A program made the translations under genes and the position numbers. The notes under the pieces are model-generated. The model had not been told where the DNA came from. It searched no databases and saw nothing but the letters and a program-made list of their open reading frames with translations. 64,000 nt of DNA from Oceanispirochaeta sp. (GTDB lineage Bacteria; Spirochaetota; Spirochaetia; DSM-2461), in NCBI GenBank assembly GCA_963666275.2, contig CAXXOA010000002.1:2144001-2208000 (forward strand), in the 5' to 3' direction. Shown piece by piece: positions 58,198 through 64,000 of this stretch (positions are counted from its first letter, which is position 1; every line of letters begins with the position of its first letter).

Positions 58198-60419
58198 AAA
58201 TTGTTGGTAAACCCGTGAACCGGGTGGGAGGAAAAGAGAGGGTTCTGGGTACACAGGAGTATGTGGGGGATATCAAGCTTCCGGGGATGCTTCATGGAAA
58301 ACTGGTTACCCTGGACTGCGCCCGGGCCCGGATTGACCGCATCCATTTGAAACGGGCCCTTATGATACGGGGGGTCAGAAAAATTTTCACCGCTGCGGAC
58401 TTTCCCGAAGATCCCCGGTTTGGACCCCAGTACAGGGATCGACCGGTGCTTGCAGGAAAAGAGACAAAATTTCATGGAGAGCCGGTGGCCTTTGTTGTGG
58501 CAGAGTCTATTGAAGCTGCCAATCGGGCTGCTGCATTGATTACAGTCGATTATGAAATCCTTTCCGCTGTTCTCTCACCTGCTGCGGCACTGGATCCTGA
58601 TGCTCCCCTTGTTCAGGATCCGTCTTTAAGGAAGGAGATGGAGTGGAAAAATTCCAATATTTTGAATCAGTGGGTCTATGGCTGGGGGAATATTGAAGTC
58701 TGCCGGGCTGACCGGATTATTGAAAATACCTACAAGTTCCCTATGGTTACCCATTTTGCCATTGAATCATTCTGCTATCTGGCGGATCCTTCATCAGAAG
58801 GTATCACTTTATACAGTGCCATTCAGAATCCCTTTCAGCTCCAGAAAATCATAGCTGATGTGACAGGTTTTCCTCTGTCCAGGGTGAGAATTATAGCTCC
58901 TGATCCCGGAGGGGCCTTTGGCGGGAAACAGCATCCCAAGCATGAACCTCTGCTTGTTTTGGCCAGTCTGATGCTCGGTGAGCCTATCAGGCTGGAACTG
59001 AGCCTGGAGGAATCCTTTCAGGCTGTCCGCAGGGCCGCCTCGGAAATCAGAATAAAAACAGGATTCATGGAAGACGGAACCCTTGTCTTTCATGATATTC
59101 AGTCGGATTTTCTTGCAGGTGCCTATGGTGACATTGCCGGCAGGGTTGTGAGTAAAGCAAACTTTGTGGCGGCGGGGCTTTACAGAACTCCTCATGTCAG
59201 GATTACTGCGAATGCTCTTCTATCCCATACTGTTCCTTCCACAGCTTTCAGAGGGTTCGGGATTCCCCAGGTCAACTGGGCTCTTGAATCCCAGATGGAC
59301 GAGATAGCGGTTAATCTCGGAATGGACAGAGTCGCCATCAGGATGAAAAATCTTCCCGAAAAAGGAGAGGTCTTTATTCCGGGAAATACACCGGCTGACG
59401 GCTGTTGGAAAGAAGTTCTCCAAAAGGCAGCGGATGCCATAGGCTGGAATAGCCCCTTAAAGCCCAACCGGGGAAGGGGGCTGACCATGGGGTTGAAAAT
59501 GGGGGCCACGACTGCCGCGTCCTATGCCATCGTCAGGCTTCATATGGACGGCAGTGCTACAGTCTTCGCCGGAACATCCGATATGGGCCAGGGGGCCAGA
59601 ACCATATTTTCGCAGATTGTGTCGGAAATGCTGGGTATCGATATGGCCAAAATAACCATGGTGATGGGAGATACCGGAGCTGTCCCTTTCGATCTTCAGA
59701 CATCAGCCAGCAGGTCCACCGTTTTTATGGGAAAAGCCATTCAGAAAGCCTGTGACGAGGTGATCGGTAAAGTCCAGATCCTTGCCTCAGAGGTGATGGG
59801 TATCGAACCTGTCCAGCTGGCATTTGAACCGGGGTTCATAAGACATGAAAAAGAAACAGTTCCCATTGATACCATTCTTAAAAAGCGGTTCACACCGGTG
59901 AAGGGAGAAGTCATAGGTGTTGGCGAGGCCAGGAGTGAATACCTGCCGGATCATCCCATGGGCGGCCTGGCGGCTTTTTATGAAATCGTGGCTCTGGGCA
60001 CCGAGGTAGAGGTGGATCGAGAAACAGGGTTTACCCGTATAAAAAAAATGATCATCACAGGTGATGTGGGAAAAGCCGTTAATCTTCAGCACGTTGAAAT
60101 GCAGGATGAGGGTGCGGCTGTAATGGGTATCGGACATTCGATAATGGAGCAGATGATTCTGGATGACAACGGAAAGATCCTTAACCTGGGGGCTCTGGAC
60201 TACAGGATTCCCACTATTATGGATATTCCTGATGAAATGCGTTCCATTGTGATCGAAAACGGCGACGGGCCAGGCCCTTACGGAGCCAAGGGATGTTCTG
60301 AAAGTGGTATCCTCACGGTGGCTCCTTCTATTGCCGCGGCTGTTTATGAAGCTGTAGGCGTGAGGATCCGGGATCTGCCTCTCTCTCCCGAAAAGATCTG
60401 GAAATCATTGAACCCCTGA
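58194..60419 (+). CDS. Xanthine dehydrogenase family molybdopterin-binding subunit (enzyme 1)
   Basis: GGAFGGK, AFRGFG, DMGQG, SASRST and GPYGAKGCSE (catalytic Glu) motifs. Confidence 0.93.
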   Translation: MKIVGKPVNRVGGKERVLGTQEYVGDIKLPGMLHGKLVTLDCARARIDRIHLKRALMIRGVRKIFTAADFPEDPRFGPQYRDRPVLAGKETKFHGEPVAFVVAESIEAANRAAALITVDYEILSAVLSPAAALDPDAPLVQDPSLRKEMEWKNSNILNQWVYGWGNIEVCRADRIIENTYKFPMVTHFAIESFCYLADPSSEGITLYSAIQNPFQLQKIIADVTGFPLSRVRIIAPDPGGAFGGKQHPKHEPLLVLASLMLGEPIRLELSLEESFQAVRRAASEIRIKTGFMEDGTLVFHDIQSDFLAGAYGDIAGRVVSKANFVAAGLYRTPHVRITANALLSHTVPSTAFRGFGIPQVNWALESQMDEIAVNLGMDRVAIRMKNLPEKGEVFIPGNTPADGCWKEVLQKAADAIGWNSPLKPNRGRGLTMGLKMGATTAASYAIVRLHMDGSATVFAGTSDMGQGARTIFSQIVSEMLGIDMAKITMVMGDTGAVPFDLQTSASRSTVFMGKAIQKACDEVIGKVQILASEVMGIEPVQLAFEPGFIRHEKETVPIDTILKKRFTPVKGEVIGVGEARSEYLPDHPMGGLAAFYEIVALGTEVEVDRETGFTRIKKMIITGDVGKAVNLQHVEMQDEGAAVMGIGHSIMEQMILDDNGKILNLGALDYRIPTIMDIPDEMRSIVIENGDGPGPYGAKGCSESGILTVAPSIAAAVYEAVGVRIRDLPLSPEKIWKSLNP

Positions 60420-60557
60420 GATTGTGCCGGGAGGGGCAGTCAGTGCCGGACGTACCCGATATGATCTTAAAATTTTAATGACAGAGGATAAACTCTAATC
60501 TTTAATATACAAATAATATTATATAAGGATTGGATTATGAATTGAGAATAATAATTC

Positions 60558-60610
60558 TTTACGGAGAAGGCTTCTTATTGTAAAATTGTTCTAGATTATC
60601 GAAAATCGAT
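60558..60610 (+). promoter_or_regulatory. Promoter + putative GntR operator (copy 4)
   Basis: TTTACG-17 bp-TAAAAT (60581), then TAGATTATCGAAAATCGAT (60592-60610). Confidence 0.68.
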
Positions 60611-60624
60611 AGAGGGGTTTCCAG

Positions 60625-62958
60625 ATGGGAAATTTGAAAGTAGTAGGCAAATCAGTCACCAGAAAAGATGTGATTGATAAAGTTACCGGGATAACCAAAT
60701 ATACCGGTGATATTAACATGACCAGTCAACTTTACGGTGCATTCTACCGCAGTCCCGTACCTCATGGAAAAATTGTGAATATAGATGTCACCAAAGCAAA
60801 AGAATATCCCGGAGTCCGGGTTGTGATAACCGGGGAAGATGTTCCCTATCTCATTGGCCAGACCATTGTAGACCAGCCAGTCCTTGCTGTCGGCAAGGTC
60901 AGGATGGAAGGTGAGCCTATTGTCGGGATTGCGGCAGATACCATAGAAGCGGCCTACCGGGCCGCTGCTCTTGTGAAAGTGGAAATAGAACCTCTTCCCG
61001 TTATTGATGACGTAATGGAAGCGATGAAACCCGATTCACCCCTTGTTCATGAGAAGCTGGAAGACTATGTCAATCTGACCAAATCCCGCTGTAAAAACGG
61101 TACGAATATTTATGATCACTTCACACTCAGAAAAGGGGATGTGGAGAAGGGTTTTGAAGAAGCCGATGTTATCATTGAAAAGGAATACGACTGCGCCATG
61201 CTCAGTCATGCAACAATAGAGACCCATGCTTCGATTGCCCAGTATGAAAGAAGTGGAAAACTGACAGTCATTAGCGCCGCTCAGTCTCCCTTCAGGATCC
61301 GTGCTGAAATGGCCAGAGCCTTCGGTATGGATGAAAGTAAAATCAGGGTGATATCTCCTCCCATCGGAGGAGGATTCGGCAGTAAAGTGGAAATGCGGTC
61401 CGAACAGCTGGCCATCGCTCTGGCCATGCATTCCAACGGTAAACCCGTAAAGGTTGTTTTTTCCAGAAAAGAGGATCTTCTCGCGGGGGTGGTCAGGGCC
61501 GGTGTAAAATTCAGAATCAAAACAGGTGCAAAAAAAGACGGTACCATCGTAGCAGTCCAGTCTGATAATTACTGGGATACCGGTGCCTATGCAACTTTAG
61601 GTCCGGTTATCTCCCTGAAAGCGAATATTGCCCTGACAGGGCCCTATAGTGTTGATAATATCAAGATGGACGGATACTGTGTGGCAACCAACAAACAGCT
61701 GGGAACAGCCTACCGGGGGTTCGGGGCGGCCGAAGCCGCGTATGTCCATGAGCAGCAGATGGACGCTGTAGCAAAGGCTCTTGGTATGGATCCTCTGGAA
61801 TTGCGGCTTAAAAATGTCATGGTCGACGGCAGCAGGGGACATACAGGTGAAACCATGTTTACTGTGGCCATCAAAGAGTGTCTGGAAGCTTCTGCCGAAA
61901 GTCTGGGATGGAATTCAATGCCTTTGAGCTGGATTACTCCGGAAGGGAAAATCCGGGGAAAAGGGCTGGGGGCTTTTTTGAAATTCACAGGAACTCCCTC
62001 TTTTTCCGGTGCTACCGTGAAATTTTCCCATGACGGCTCTGTCACACTCTCCTATGGAACTACTGCCATGGGCCAGGGGGTTGGAACGATCCTCTCCCAG
62101 ATGGTTGCTGAAGAGCTTGGGATAGACATTAACAAGGTTGAAACAGTTCTGGCTGATACGGATCATGTTCCTCTGGATAAAACCACAACCTCCAGCCGTT
62201 CCACCCATCATATGGGAAATGCCGTAATCAAGGCGTGCGATGATGCGAAAAAGAAGTTGAAGCATCTTGTTTCTCTGGCCTGGAAAGTTCCAGAAGATTA
62301 CATAGAAATTGAAGATGGTGTTATCAGAGAGTCAAATGGGGGACCAGATGCCAGGCAGGTAGCCATTAATGATATAAAATCTACCGGACTTCTTAAAACT
62401 TCTGATCCCATTATCGGAAACGGCAGTTATGAAACTTCAGATCTCTGGGATAAACCGGACCCTGAAACCTATCAGACCAGCCGTTTGACTGCCATGTGGT
62501 TTTTCGGAGCCAATGCGGCAGAAGTTGAAATTGATCCTGATACGGGGAAAATTGAGGTTATTCAGGTTGCTGCCGGTCATGACGTAGGAAAGGCTATTAA
62601 TCCTCTGAACTGCATTCAGCAGATAGAAGGAGGAGTAATGATGGGACTGGGAAATGCCATACTGGAAGAGTATATCCATCGCGATGGAAAGCTAATGAAT
62701 GGAAATATGGTAGACTTTAAAGTTCCCACGACTATGGATATGGTCAAAACTGTCAAATCCATTCTCATAGAAAAAGCCCATCCCGAAGGTCCTTACGGCG
62801 CTAAGGGAATTGGGGAACCCTCCATGTGCGGCGCACCGGCCGCTATCGCTTCCGCCGTAGGAAATGCTCTGGGAATAACAGTACATACGATTCCCATAAA
62901 ACCGGAAACGATTATTGGGGCTGCCAGAAAAATTATGGAGGAAAACGATGCTTCCTGA
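60625..62958 (+). CDS. Xanthine dehydrogenase family molybdopterin-binding subunit (enzyme 2)
   Basis: IGGGFGSK, AYRGFG, MGQG, SSRST, QIEGG and GPYGAKGIGE motifs. Confidence 0.94.
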   Translation: MGNLKVVGKSVTRKDVIDKVTGITKYTGDINMTSQLYGAFYRSPVPHGKIVNIDVTKAKEYPGVRVVITGEDVPYLIGQTIVDQPVLAVGKVRMEGEPIVGIAADTIEAAYRAAALVKVEIEPLPVIDDVMEAMKPDSPLVHEKLEDYVNLTKSRCKNGTNIYDHFTLRKGDVEKGFEEADVIIEKEYDCAMLSHATIETHASIAQYERSGKLTVISAAQSPFRIRAEMARAFGMDESKIRVISPPIGGGFGSKVEMRSEQLAIALAMHSNGKPVKVVFSRKEDLLAGVVRAGVKFRIKTGAKKDGTIVAVQSDNYWDTGAYATLGPVISLKANIALTGPYSVDNIKMDGYCVATNKQLGTAYRGFGAAEAAYVHEQQMDAVAKALGMDPLELRLKNVMVDGSRGHTGETMFTVAIKECLEASAESLGWNSMPLSWITPEGKIRGKGLGAFLKFTGTPSFSGATVKFSHDGSVTLSYGTTAMGQGVGTILSQMVAEELGIDINKVETVLADTDHVPLDKTTTSSRSTHHMGNAVIKACDDAKKKLKHLVSLAWKVPEDYIEIEDGVIRESNGGPDARQVAINDIKSTGLLKTSDPIIGNGSYETSDLWDKPDPETYQTSRLTAMWFFGANAAEVEIDPDTGKIEVIQVAAGHDVGKAINPLNCIQQIEGGVMMGLGNAILEEYIHRDGKLMNGNMVDFKVPTTMDMVKTVKSILIEKAHPEGPYGAKGIGEPSMCGAPAAIASAVGNALGITVHTIPIKPETIIGAARKIMEENDAS

Positions 62959-63835
62959 ATTTGAGTTCTACCTTCCGGAAACACTGGATGAAGCTTTTAA
63001 TGTTAAAAGACAATACGGACAGGACGCCGAATATGTAGCCGGAGGCACGGATGTATATGCCAAGATGCACACAGAAGGCCATTCCTATCCTCATATTATT
63101 GATTTAAAGAAAATCCCCGAACTGCAGGGAATTGTGGAAATGGAAAACAGGGAAATATCTATGGGATCCATGGTGACACATCATGAGATCTGGGCTTCTC
63201 CTGTTATGAAGAAGAACTACTTCATATTGACCGAAGGGGTTTTTACCATTGGTTCTCACCAGGTGAGAAACCGGGGAACCATTGGTGGAAACATCTGTAC
63301 AGCAGCTCCTTCTGCGGATGGAATAGGTCCTTTGCTGGTATTGAATGCCAGGGCTGTTGTTAAGGGCAGTTCCGGGGAGAGAGTGATTCCTCTGGAGAAA
63401 TTCTTTACAGGGCCTAAAAAAACCGTTCTTGAGGGAGATGAAGTCCTGGCCAGGATCATGATTCCTCCTGTTTCCGAAAGGAGTGGGGGGGCCTACTTCA
63501 AGTATGGAAGACGAAATGCCATGGAAATTGCTCTTCAGGCTATATCTGTGTTTCTGCAGGTGGAAGAGGACGGTAAAACCTGTTCTGATGTCAGAATCGC
63601 CCTGGGAACTTCTGCTCCCACGCCCATCAGGGCCTATGGTACAGAAGAGTATCTGAAAGGAAAGGACCTGACCAATGATACGCTTATTGCCGAAACAGGC
63701 AGAGTTATCCTGAATGAAGCCAGGCCCAGGAGTTCCTGGAGGTCTTCCGCTGAGTTCAGGAAAGATCTACTTGTGAAACTGGTTCCCAGAACCATACGCA
63801 AAGCTTATTCCCGGATAGATCAAGGAGAGGTGTGA
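62948..63835 (+). CDS. Xanthine dehydrogenase family FAD-binding subunit (enzyme 2)
   Basis: [27 protein letters not shown] and [12 protein letters not shown] motifs; start set at MLPEF (62948). Confidence 0.92.
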   Translation: MLPEFEFYLPETLDEAFNVKRQYGQDAEYVAGGTDVYAKMHTEGHSYPHIIDLKKIPELQGIVEMENREISMGSMVTHHEIWASPVMKKNYFILTEGVFTIGSHQVRNRGTIGGNICTAAPSADGIGPLLVLNARAVVKGSSGERVIPLEKFFTGPKKTVLEGDEVLARIMIPPVSERSGGAYFKYGRRNAMEIALQAISVFLQVEEDGKTCSDVRIALGTSAPTPIRAYGTEEYLKGKDLTNDTLIAETGRVILNEARPRSSWRSSAEFRKDLLVKLVPRTIRKAYSRIDQGEV

Positions 63836-64000
63836 TGAATCGAAAGAAGATAGAAATAACAGTCAACGGACAAAAATACATAAAAGAGGTTTCTGTATCC
63901 CGGACATTACTCGAGTTTATTCGGGAGGATCTGGGACTAACTGGGGCAAAAGAGGGTTGCAACGAGGGGGAATGCGGAGCCTGTACTGTTATTATGAACA
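63835..64000 (+). CDS. Xanthine dehydrogenase family [2Fe-2S] subunit (enzyme 2; truncated by the window end)
   Basis: Manual translation [60 protein letters not shown] overlap. Confidence 0.92.
   Translation, partial: MNRKKIEITVNGQKYIKEVSVSRTLLEFIREDLGLTGAKEGCNEGECGACTVIMN

Noticed and set aside
48986..64000. Classical anaerobic phenol pathway (phenylphosphate synthase + 4-hydroxybenzoyl-CoA reductase)
   Set aside because: No UbiD-type carboxylase or CoA ligase in the window, and the FAD subunits lack the HCR [4Fe-4S] insert.
1..64000. CRISPR array, tRNA/rRNA, IS/transposase, integrase, prophage, defence system, selenoprotein read-through
   Set aside because: No regularly spaced repeats, RNA gene signatures, mobility motifs or in-frame UGA-split genes were seen by eye.

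Overview
64 kb of a bacterial chromosome, probably from an anaerobic free-living spirochaete (inferred from the 'A-x-G-x-x-[ED]' signal-peptide ends of the binding proteins and the gene content; not verified). It is almost entirely accessory catabolic, transport and regulatory modules, with no rRNA, tRNA, CRISPR or mobile element seen. In order: an ABC-F fragment and a multi-PAS protein; an uncharacterised racemase/DUF917/AroM/M20 peptidase/DUF1177 operon facing a PucR regulator and an Opp/Dpp peptide ABC importer, the two operons sharing a duplicated promoter; nitroreductase+DUF6092; a PfkB kinase; a TIGR00300 ornithine cyclodeaminase; a TRAP transporter with an SBP-HK-RR sensing module; an LsrB/RhaS-like sugar ABC system; a DUF438 pair and an unannotated 45-aa LDCC peptide behind a CsoR-like operator; GDPD/LacI/sugar ABC; a 2-hydroxyacid dehydrogenase, LysR and TauE; and a URO-D/MtaA-family gene behind a MerR-type promoter. 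From ~46.2 kb to the window end is an apparent GntR regulon (four copies of a shared operator) encoding a Zn-dehydrogenase, an HPrK-like protein, a phosphoesterase, a split PEP-synthase/phenylphosphate-synthase-like dikinase, an atypical transaldolase, an MBL hydrolase, a 3-hydroxyacyl-CoA-DH-like enzyme and two xanthine-dehydrogenase-family molybdoenzymes. That regulon is the best candidate for an undescribed anaerobic degradation pathway. All family calls were made by eye from motifs; no searches were run.
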